Shown piece by piece: positions 10,161-19,401 of a stretch of 20,427 nucleotides of DNA. The DNA comes from Octopus sinensis. Lineage: Eukaryota. Each line of letters begins with the position of its first letter. Positions within the stretch are counted from its first letter, which is position 1. The position numbers and the translations under genes were made by a program. The stretch spans positions 1-20,427 of the forward strand of contig NW_021823863.1 of NCBI RefSeq assembly GCF_006345805.1. The letters run 5' to 3'. The notes below the pieces were generated by a model that was not told the origin of the DNA, searched no databases, and saw only the letters and a list, made by a program, of their open reading frames with translations.

Positions 10161-10360
10161 CGCAGATCAGATGCCATGATAGATCGTTAGCCACTACACA
10201 CATTTTTTCTCTCCTTGTTTCTTCTGTGTACCTTTCTGTAGAAGAGCGTAGGTTCGAAACATAAAATACTTTTTCTATTCCTGAGCGCTATACTAATACA
10301 TCTGTTTGTTTTGTACACCACCTGTCTTCGTCTTTTGTTTTTTTTCGTAAACTTTCCCTA
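10161..10360 (+). mobile_element. probable Penelope-like terminal-repeat fragment inside (TA)n
   Basis: (TA)n-flanked segment with CTGTAGAA-GAGC-GTAG-GTTC-GAAAC, a hammerhead-like stem II plus GAAAC signature of the kind found in PLE repeats. The family assignment is inference. Confidence 0.45.
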
Positions 10361-10455
10361 TATATATAGTGAATGTATATGTTTGTATATATATATATTT
10401 ATTTATTATCTATTTATTTGTATATACATGCACACATAGATGAATATATATTTTA

Positions 10456-10617
10456 TACCATATTTTAATGTGTATAAGTAACCCTTTTTTGTCAAAAATT
10501 AGGTTTATAAAATATGGGTGTTTCTTATACATGGATAGTATTATATTCCCTTACAAACGCTTTTTAAAGTTTTAAACCCCCAAAATTAGGGGATTCTTAA
10601 ATATGTTAAAAACGGTA
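10456..10617. mobile_element. pogo/Tigger-type MITE (Tc1/mariner superfamily), ~160 bp
   Basis: Degenerate inverted ends TA-CCATATTTTAATGTGTATAAG ... CTTAAATATGTTAAAAACGG-TA, TA target dinucleotides, and an internal CTTATAC subterminal motif. Confidence 0.6.
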
Positions 10618-10822
10618 TGTATATATATATATATATATACACACACACATACATACACACATTATATATATAAACATACATTTTATCTATCTCTCTCTCT
10701 CTATATATATATACACACACACATACATTTTATCTCTCTATATATATACACACATACATTTTATCGATACATACATATATATATATATACGTACTTATAA
10801 GAACACGCACACATTATTATGG

Positions 10823-10965
10823 TTTACTTCTTAACCATCAGTCTGCGGCCATGCTGCAGTTCTGCCTTCAAGACATTTTAGTCGAATTAATTGACCTTAA
10901 AACTTTTTGAACTTATTTTATCAAAACCTTTTTGCCGAACCGCAAATGTAAGGGGACTTACAGAA
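10823..10965 (-). mobile_element. old SINE-B 3' fragment
   Basis: CTGCGGCCATGCTG...TTTAGTCGA...TTTTGCCGAACCGC..GTAAGGGGAC matches the reverse complement of 5000-5135. Confidence 0.75.
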
Positions 10966-10974
10966 AGCCCCTTC

Positions 10975-11130
10975 TTGCTAACGATTCTGCGAAAAAACCC
11001 ATCCTTTTCGGTTGATTCTTTATTCATCAGTTCTTGTAATGACAAAAACGATAAATTGACATCAGCGAGGTTTGAACTCAAAGCCCACGAAACTGTTACA
11101 AATATCGCACGGTATTCTGTCTAACACTGC
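10975..11130 (-). mobile_element. highly diverged SINE-C-related fragments
   Basis: GCTAACGATTCTGC (SINE-C head) and TTGACATCAGCGAGGTTTGAACTCA (B-box region). Confidence 0.5.
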
Positions 11131-11680
11131 CCGTTTTCCTCCTCCCTCACTGGATTATAGGACAATCAGGCGATAATCCGAACGAATGCGGACGTTTCAT
11201 TTCTCCAACTCTACCGAAGAAACGAAAACGTAAACATCCACGGTCTTAAGCCAAACGGATTATTAAAATTCAGATATAAAGATTAGATTAGAGCAGATTA
11301 GATTAGCTTACCATATTACATGTACCTTACGGTGTCCTATTATTATCGTGTTTTCAGTCAAAGCATTCTGGATAATCTGTGTCGCTGTTCTATCTCGCAT
11401 TCTAATATTAAACATGTCGCCATTTTGAACACAGGACACCACAGAATATGTTTATCGCAATCTTGTCATTGTAACTTTTTTCTGTGTATTTTTGTGTTAT
11501 TCTAAACACTTAGTTATCACATTCCAGGAACCGTCTTATCTTTCGTCCTTACATATAAGTCTCTCTTTCTAGCTTCTTCTAAACACGTTGTCATCTTAAA
11601 TACATCACGTTACATCACAAATTTGATCTCATTTTGACATTCGTCTTAACGTTGGGAACTTTTCATTTTTTTTTATCAAC

Positions 11681-12148
11681 CTGGAGCGAAGGCGGGAGAG
11701 ATATGCAATGATATACATCTGGAAAATCCTGGAGGGTCTTGTCCCAAACTTTGGCATCCAAAGTTACCCCAACCGCAGAACGGGGCGCCACTGCATGGTG
11801 CCAAAGATTCCAACATCACCATCAAAATACAGGACCAGATACTGCAACAGCTTGGTTTTCAGAGGACCACAGTTCTTCAACATCCTCCCTAAATGCCTGA
11901 GAGACTTGCATGGTGTGGATGTGGGTTTCTTTATAACTAAACTGGATCTCTTATTGTCGGGAGTCCCAGATGAATCTACCTCACGACAGGAGACGCGGAT
12001 GCGGGCAGCAGCATCGAACTCCCTTGTTGACCAAGTGCCACGTATCAGAGGTGGTTTCACATACTAGTGTAGCTCATTCCACGGTGGTGCCCCAGCATGG
12101 CCGCAGCCTTCGGGCTGAAACATTTTTAAGGATTTAAGGATTTAAGGA
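11681..12148 (+). mobile_element. 5'-truncated CR1-group LINE: ORF2 C-terminus, 3' UTR and (TTTAAGGA)3 tail
   Basis: Open frame 11681-12067 reads LERRRERYAMIYIWKILEGLVPN...GPQFFNILPKCLR...KLDLLLSGVPDE...SNSL, a typical CR1-like post-RT region. The 8-bp tandem tail is at 12125-12148. Confidence 0.92.
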
Positions 12149-12289
12149 ATCCCTTAAAAACATCCCAATATCACCCGATTTTTTCTTTTTCTTAACATCA
12201 CACAACTCTTTCATAGTACCTGATCCTGAACACGTGACCATCTCGATAAACAACAAAATGAATCACATTGTCTGTTCGTCCCTAAATTA

Positions 12290-13001
12290 TCTCTCTATAT
12301 ATAAACGGCAAAATGTCTGCGTGTGTGTCCTTTATACAAATCCACAATTTTTCAGTTAGAGGCCTCGCACTTTCTATGGTCATTCAAAACCGTCCAAGGG
12401 TGGTCGTGCACATCTTTACATTTCCCCAGTCACCCCACAAAGCCATTAAAAAATAAATAGAATTGACTTTTTCTTGTGAATTTTCTATCCAAAACCCAAT
12501 CAAAATGCCCGAAACTTGATACGCCAATTGAATGCCAGCTAGCTGTATGTGATTGGTCGGAGACTTGGACAGTACTCGCCTGTATGTGCGCACGTATACA
12601 GCTGTATATGCATACATTAGAACTATGGCCCGGCAACGGTTATGGGATATGCTAGAAACAACAGCCAAATCTCCCTTAAATGGTACGCCTTCTCGTCTGA
12701 AAATATTTACCTTTTTTTATTGAAAAGTCTTCAATAGTTTTTAAGAGCTTAGTGCCCACAGAATCGACTAAAATTACCTATCACTGACGTCCGCCAAATT
12801 ATTTTCTAGAAGTGACTTTTTGTGAATTTTCTATCCAAAACCCAATCAAAATGCCTGAAACTTGATACACCAATTGAATGCCAGCTAGCTGTATGTGATT
12901 GGTCGGAGATTTGGACAGTACTCGCCTGTATGTGCGCACGCACGCAGCTGTATATGCATGCAGTAGAACTATGACCCAGCAACGCCGGGTCACAGTGCAA
13001 G
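12290..13001 (+). mobile_element. non-autonomous Helitron with a duplicated 3' region
   Basis: 5' end A|TCTCTCTATATATAAACGGCA. A ~180-nt segment is present twice (about 12458-12638 and 12807-12984). The 3' hairpin TGACCCAGC-AAC-GCCGGGTCA is followed by CAAG|T, a degenerate CTAG. Confidence 0.82.
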
Positions 13002-13480
13002 TCCTTCATCTTTATGCATCACAGCTTTCTATTCATCATCTCCTAAATATTCTAAACTCATCACAACTTCACCCAATCTTTTTCCTTCATCTTAACGCCT
13101 CATAGTCTTATCTCTCAAGCTCAGCCAAAATATCTTAAACGCATCTTAAGCACATCTTAAACACATCAAAACTTTACTCCGTTTTTTATTTCATCTTAAT
13201 GCTTCACAGGTCTCTCGTTCTAGCTTATCCTAGACACCTTAAACGCATTAAGAACCACTTAAGCACATCTTAAACACGTTCAGAACATCTTAAACACATT
13301 ATGAATACCATAAATTATTACAGTTCTATCTAGCTTATCCTAAACATATCCAGAACGCATCTTAAGCATATATTGAGCAATTATTAAACACATGTTATAC
13401 ACTTCTTAAACATATATTAAAGGCATCTTAAACACATATTGGATCTTTAACACATCTTGGACACATCTTAAACACGTATT
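13002..13480. repeat. degenerate 11-bp minisatellite (CATCTTAAACA)n
   Basis: Recurring CATCTTAAACA/CATCTTAAGCA units. Similar sequence lies at about 11500-11660 and 12150-12290. Confidence 0.8.
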
Positions 13481-13506
13481 TGCAAAAATGTCCATTTGAA
13501 TTTAAT

Positions 13507-13990
13507 TATGTGTATATATACATGTATACATGCACCTGTTTATATATATGCATGTATATATATGCACAGAGAGATATGTAGATGCATGTATATATATATA
13601 TATATATATATATAAATATGTGTGTGTGTATAAATATATATATAGAATAATGTATAAGTATACGTATATATATATATAAAGAGAGAGATGTATAAGTACA
13701 CGTATATATATATATATATAGACGTATAAATATATGTATATACCTATATAGATGTATAAATATGTATATATATAGATGTATAAATATATGTATATATATA
13801 ATGTATAAATACATGTATATATATATAGATGTATATATATATATAAATATACGTATATATATATATATATAGACGTATAAATATATGTATATACCTATAT
13901 AGATGTATAAATATATGTATATATATATAATGTATAAAACATGTATATATATATATATATATATATATATGTTTATATATAGATGTATAT

Positions 13991-14028
<38 letters not shown>

Positions 14029-14434
14029 GATGTATAAATACGTGTATGTATGTGTGTGTATATATATATATATATACATATACATAGATGTATAAGTACA
14101 TGTATGTATGTATATTATATATATATACATAGATGTATAAGTACATGTATGTATGTATGTATATATATTATATATATATAAATGCATGTATAAATACATG
14201 CATGTATATATATATAGATGTATATATTTATATATACACACACACATGTAAGTATATCTGTATAGGTAAATGTGCGTGTATACATATATATAGAACAGAT
14301 AATATATATTACGCATGGTTTACACTACATATATATTATATATCCCAAGGAATATGTATGTATATCTCTGCGTACAACATTTCGTATATACACATCGTCA
14401 TTGGTACATAATTAAAATTCAACACACACACACA

Positions 14435-14478
<44 letters not shown>

Positions 14479-14480
14479 TA
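13507..14480. repeat. (TA)n-derived microsatellite field with a cryptic ATAGATGTATAA unit
   Basis: Directly visible. Confidence 0.93.
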
Positions 14481-14925
14481 GACAAGAAATAACAGCTAAA
14501 TCTCCCTCAAATCAGAACAATAAAATGGCGTACGACATAGCTCTAATATTCCACCATTTTTGTCTCCATCTTGTGGAGACGCTCAGTCTGCTTAGCTGTC
14601 AACAGGTATTCGCAGTGTGTAAGCATTATATTTGACATAAACGCGCCACTGTCCCGTGAAATCTGGTCTTGTAATTAGCTAATTAACATCATTAAGATGA
14701 ACTCCATAGATCGGCCTGGTTTCGTGTGGCGGTGGATGTTTGTTTAGCCCTCGTCACGCCTAATTGAACAATTTGCACGCTTGATTGGGCGCCGACCATG
14801 ACCTCCACGTCGTTCTAGTTGTATAGCTTGGATTAGGTTAAGTGGTATGTCACTTATGAATTTGTTTATTTAGTTATCTATTTCATTTTATTCATTTATT
14901 TATTTATTTACCTGTGCATGATATA

Positions 14926-15143
14926 GGTACGGGCGTGGCTGTGTGGTAAGAAGCTTGCTTCCCAACCACATGGTTCCGAGTTCAGTTCCTTTGTGTGGTA
15001 ACTTGGGAAAGTGTCTTTTACTAAAGCAGCAGGCCGACCAAACCTCCAGAATGGATTTGATAGACGGAAACTTAAAGAAGCCTGTTGTATATATATATAT
15101 ATTTTTCTAAATGGTATAATTTAATTTTCCATTTTTTTTTCTA

Positions 15144-15176
<33 letters not shown>

Positions 15177-15400
15177 GAAATTCAGGGTGAATACATACAT
15201 ACATATATACATACATAAGTTTGCGTTTGTTCCCCATTGTTTGTCAACCGATATTGGTGTATTTATGTCCCCGTAACCTAGCGGTTCGGCAAGAGAGACC
15301 GACAGGATAATTACTAGGCTTACAAATAAGTCCTGATTTGTTCGACTAAAGGCGATGCTGCAGCATGGCTGCACTTAAGTGACTAAAACAAATAAAGGAA
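14926..15400 (+). mobile_element. full-length SINE family B with an expanded internal AT-rich spacer
   Basis: 5' half 14926-15088 and 3' half about 15219-15400 are colinear with 4760-5152. Confidence 0.9.
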
Positions 15401-15409
15401 TATATATAT

Positions 15410-15758
15410 GGAGGCAAGACTGTGTAGTTTCGAAGGTCACCTTACACTTGCATGGTTCCTAGTTCAATTCCGATGTACAGAATCATGGGTCAGTTTTTTT
15501 CTACTATGATACCAGACCGACTTATACCTTGTTAGTGAGTTTGGTAGACTATGTGGGTGCTGCCACATACATGCATGTGCGTGGGTGATACATACTTGTG
15601 TTTGATAACCAGCGTTGGTTTGTTTACGTCCCTGTATCTAAGCGGTTTTGGCAAAAGAGACCAAAAGAATATGGAGCAGACTAGAGGTTTGGTTCGACTC
15701 ATCCTTACAATGCAGTGCTCCAGTATGACCACACAGTTTAAAAACTGAAACAAGTAAA
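15410..15758 (+). mobile_element. old diverged full-length SINE-B-related copy
   Basis: GACCGAC..CCTTGTTAGTGAGTTTGGTAGAC, TTTACGTCCC..AGCGGTTTTGGCAAAAGAGACC, and tail GTGCTCCAGTATGACC..CAGTTTAAAAACTGAAAC. Confidence 0.82.
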
Positions 15759-15809
15759 TCATCAAAGACAAAGTACAAAAATGAGTACATTACTATAAAT
15801 AACATAGCT

Positions 15810-16183
15810 GAAATTGGTACAATCTACTTTAAACTTTCTTTCTGTCATACATATGTAGTATCTGTGTACTACTTTACGATATATTTTAGTTTAGTGGAAG
15901 TGACTCCGCTTCATATACAATTATCTCGGCCTTTCATATATTATTGATTGTTCACATGTCGGTATATCCGCAAATCGAGCTGCTTTGGCCTCATTTCTCA
16001 TTTATGAATTGTAACATTCTTCATATTACTGGTGGAATTGTATCTCAACTTTAGATTATTCCCACTGTATAATTCCCTACATTTATGGTTGGTGGGGAAA
16101 TGTTTTTATCAACTATAGCCATCAGGTTCTTGTCACTATTTGAGTTAATATTTAACGAGTACGAAGCTGTGAACAAGATTATA
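15810..16183 (-). mobile_element. decayed Penelope-like element: RT-to-endonuclease linker and GIY-YIG endonuclease remnant
   Basis: Frameshifted minus-strand translation IILFTASYSLNINSNSDKNLMAIVDK / HFPTNHKCRELYSGNNLKLRYNSTSNMKNV / EIIVYEAE / YYICMTERKFK. This matches the PLE consensus IIWFNPPYSxNV..KHFPxxH..IKLSYS..N, then VY.A and YIG.TE..FK. Confidence 0.75.
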
Positions 16184-16576
16184 TATATATATATATATAT
16201 ATATAATCTGCGTCACGTTTTAGCTCTAGCTGGCTTAGATGAAGAGAATATTATCTTTGAATCTGCTGGTTTCGAAGGATTTATTAAATAGGAGATCACT
16301 TTATGGGAAATATAGAAAATAAATGAGATACCCTACAGCTAATATTAATTATAATTTTCGAAAACTATATTTGGATGAGTAAACCCTTCGACAGATTAAA
16401 CATAGTAATAATAAAATATATGAAACATATTGGGTATTTTAAGTTTTATAAAACATATACGCATTTCGGCAAATCGCCTGACACTTTTAGATAATTGTGT
16501 TTTTGAAAATTATATGATATTAGGAATTTACCTCCACGGTGTTTTGGCCAAAATTAAAATGAACACTTTAAGTCGC

Positions 16577-16629
<53 letters not shown>

Positions 16630-16747
16630 TGTTGTATTTAGGAATGGTAATTTTTACCAGTTTAGTCAATAAAAACACACGCACTATATATTTGGTGTTA
16701 CTTTGCTTCAGCGTTATTATTTTTTATATTAATCTTAATCTTATTTC

Positions 16748-16792
16748 GGCCAGAGTTTTTTCGTCACACTGCTGTGACCTCATCAGTGGTCC
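16748..16792 (-). ncRNA. minimal type I hammerhead ribozyme candidate (PLE-type)
   Basis: Minus strand reads GGACCA CTGATGA G GTCACA-GCAG-TGTGAC GAAA AAAC TC^TGGCC: intact core, perfect 6-bp stem II, 1-bp stem III, and stem I GGACCA/TGG-CC. Confidence 0.7.
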
Positions 16793-16965
16793 TTTACTTT
16801 CTTCTTTCTTATTTGTGTGTCTCTCCTTACTAACGGTCAGCCATTTTGTATTTTGCTAAATTGGCAAAATGACCATTCCTAAATACAACAATATGTTTTA
16901 ACACACGATTTCACATAAAAAAACTTGTAAAACAAATATATAAACGTATATATATATATATATAT

Positions 16966-17326
16966 AGACGTGAACGTTTTGATTGGTAAGAATTCTAGTT
17001 CCCATCCACATGGTTCTGGGTTCAGTCCCACCGTGTGGCATCTTGGGAAAGTGTCTTCCACTATAGGTTCGGGCCGAACAAAGCGTTGTGAGTGGATTTT
17101 GTAGGCAGAAACTGAAAGAAGCCCGTCGTGTATATAATTGCATATGTATGTGTGCCTGAACACCGCATGACAACCGTTGTTGGTGTGTTTACGTCCCCGT
17201 AACTCAGCGGTTGGGCAGAAGAGAGACAGAACAAGTATCAGGCTTAACGAAAAATAAAACTTCAAAGCGCAGCCCCAGCATGGCCATAATGTAATAAGTG
17301 AAGTAATATAAGATAAAGCATAGAAA
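16966..17326 (+). mobile_element. diverged full-length SINE family B
   Basis: Colinear with 4760-5152 (CCACATGGTTCTGGGTTCAGTCCCAC...GAAAGAAGCCCGTCG...CCCAGCATGGCC). Confidence 0.9.
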
Positions 17327-17419
17327 GAGCGAGAGAGAAAATTGGATTTTCGTAAGGTTTTCATGAAGTTTTTCTGTGGGATCTTAGTTCAGTTGGTAGT
17401 AATACCTAAGAAATATTCA

Positions 17420-17572
17420 GGCAAAGGAATAGCTGTGTGGTAAGAAGCTTGCTTCCCAACCACATTGTTCCGGTTTCAGTCCTACTGCGTGACACCTTGG
17501 GCAAGTGTCTTCTATTGCCTCGGGACGACCAATACCTTGTGATTGGATTTGATATATGGAAACTAAAAGAAG
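17420..17572 (+). mobile_element. SINE family B, 5' half, joined to a 28S rRNA fragment
   Basis: Colinear with 4760-4915 up to GGAAACTAAAAGAAG. Confidence 0.92.
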
Positions 17573-17585
17573 ACCAATCGAGCCG

Positions 17586-17628
<43 letters not shown>

Positions 17629-17759
17629 CGCCAGCGGGAGAACGACACGCAATTCCGTCCGGTAAAGCGAACGACTGGAGGCCCCGGGGACGTTGACGGC
17701 CTCGATCTACTCTCGAACTCAGAACGGGCCGCTCCTCTCCCAATCGGAGGCGGCAGAAT
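17570..17759 (+). rRNA. isolated 28S (LSU) rRNA-derived fragment, domain II; pseudogenic, not an rDNA unit
   Basis: Contains the eukaryotic LSU signature TCTAGTAGCTGGTTCCCTCCGAAGTTTCCCTCAGGATAGCTGG, then TCCGGTAAAGCGAA and a CTCAACCTATTCTCAAACT-like motif in the correct order. The flanks are not rDNA. Confidence 0.93.
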
Positions 17760-17761
17760 AT

Positions 17762-17786
17762 CGTGTGTGTGTGTATGTATATATTT

Positions 17787-17817
<31 letters not shown>

Positions 17818-17866
17818 GTATACACACACATACAGAAACACACACACACACACACATATATATATA
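17762..17866. repeat. (TG)n/(TA)n/(CA)n microsatellite
   Basis: Directly visible. Its position corresponds to the internal microsatellite of SINE-B. Confidence 0.9.
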
Positions 17867-18399
17867 GGTGTGGGTGGGTGGTAAGGGGCTTCCATTGTCC
17901 CATACTCATTCTGTTCTGAAACGGCCCAATGCTTTCTAATGAACCCATGGCTCTGCTGAGAGAGATCTTCTGCAGTATTATGTGGGTGTGTCCTATATTT
18001 ATTTGAGAGGGTCGTTCCTGAGCGTCTCCGCCCAGTGATGGAATCTCGGTTCTGCGAAAGCCAAAGGAAAATAGTAACCATATGTTAATTTTAGGCCGGA
18101 AGTATTGAATATATTAATGTGTTTAGAATATATGCATTGGCGCATTATATCCTTAATGGCTACATAAGTCAGTGTATCACGGGGTAAATTCTTTATTTAC
18201 TACATCTAAGTTTTATATATATATATATTATATATATATATATAATATATATATATATACCTACAAGTTCACATACTACTACACTATCGTATGCCCCCAT
18301 ACTTACATCAAAACAACCCTGCCTGCTTGTCACTTTTTTTTAAAACCTAATTTGAATCTGTCAAAATATAAGAGTCTTTTTAACATGAATGTAAATGAT

Positions 18400-18618
18400 A
18401 AGTATTTTGTTGATGCAGTACGGAATTTTGTCAGTGAACAGGTCGTGGTCTCAAAGCGACGAAAATATTTTGGTTAATTAAATTTAAATGTTGCAGTGAA
18501 TCTAACGGTTTTTGTGTGTTTCTTAAATGGCTTATAAACACCTTCCAAGCTGAAATTATTTTCGTTCCAGCACATGATCTCAGATCAGGTCACTTGCTAT
18601 GCAAGTACATCTCCGTAA
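18400..18618. mobile_element. possible unclassified transposon terminal fragment
   Basis: Ends in a hairpin ACTTGC-TAT-GCAAGT followed by ACATCTCCGTA next to AT-rich DNA. No partner end found. Confidence 0.3.
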
Positions 18619-18730
18619 TATATAATACTATGTCTTCAGAAATTTTAAGACATTGATTAGTAGGGATTGAGATATTGAGGGTTTAAAAAACTTGACTATA
18701 TCAAACTGGGTGGGTCTTAGGGTAATTATA

Positions 18731-19107
18731 TCTCTCTCTATATAAACGGCAGTTTGTCTGTCTGCGTGTCTGTGCGTCTGTTAGGTTGTACCCTCACCCT
18801 GACCACGGCTTTCAACTGATTCTGATGAAACTTGAAACACACATAGCCCAATGTCATAATTCAAAACTAACGCAGCGAAAATTTTGAAAAGTTCCCCCAG
18901 TTCTGAATAAAATCGATAAATTCGACATGGGGTCAAGAATCAGAAACACAAACCACAGACTGTCTAGGGGACGCAACTCTACCTTTTTAACTAAAATTTA
19001 CCATCATTTTTTCCCCATTTTTTTGCTATTTTTTGGCTATAACTCTCTAAAAATGCTTTATAGTTATTTCCCTTACAAACCCGAGCAACGCCGGGCGATA
19101 CTGCTAG
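18731..19107 (+). mobile_element. complete non-autonomous Helitron (377 bp)
   Basis: 5' end A|TCTCTCTCTATATAAACGGCA, (GTCT)n-like subterminal repeat, 3' hairpin CCCGAGC-AAC-GCCGGG at 19080-19095, and CTAG|T end. AT target with no TSD. Confidence 0.92.
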
Positions 19108-19158
19108 TTTATTAATACTACTGCTCCAACTCTTCCACCAATATCGACACTGCCTTTG

Positions 19159-19390
19159 GGCGGCGAGCTGTCAGAATTGATAGCACGTCGTACGAAATGC
19201 TTAGCAGTGTTTCGTCTGCCGTTACTTTCTGAGTTCAAATTCCGCCGAGGTCGCCTTTGCCCTTCATCATTTCGGCGTCGATTAAATAAGTAGAAGTTAC
19301 GCACTGGGATCGATGTAATCGACTTTATCCCTTTGTCCTTGTTTGTCCCCTTTGTTTAGCTTCTCCCTTCTGTTGGCAATAAAGAAATAA
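19159..19390 (+). mobile_element. full-length SINE family C (AAAGAAATA tail)
   Basis: GGCGGCGAGCTG head, B box GAGTTCAAATTCC, central GCC.TTCATC.TTTCGG.GTCGAT.AAATAAGTA domain. Confidence 0.92.
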
Positions 19391-19401
19391 ATATACTTTA
19401 A

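Noticed and set aside
11708-12067. 119-aa ORF as a host gene
   Set aside because: It is the C-terminus of a CR1-like ORF2, followed by a LINE 3' UTR and tandem tail.
17570-17759. Functional rDNA locus or bacterial contamination
   Set aside because: It is only ~190 nt, has eukaryotic LSU signatures, and is flanked by a SINE and a microsatellite.
351-18477. Many 60-190 aa ORFs rich in Y/I/C/V/H/T in the ORF track
   Set aside because: They are translations of (TA)n/(TG)n/(CA)n microsatellites or SINEs, with no domain signal or exon structure.
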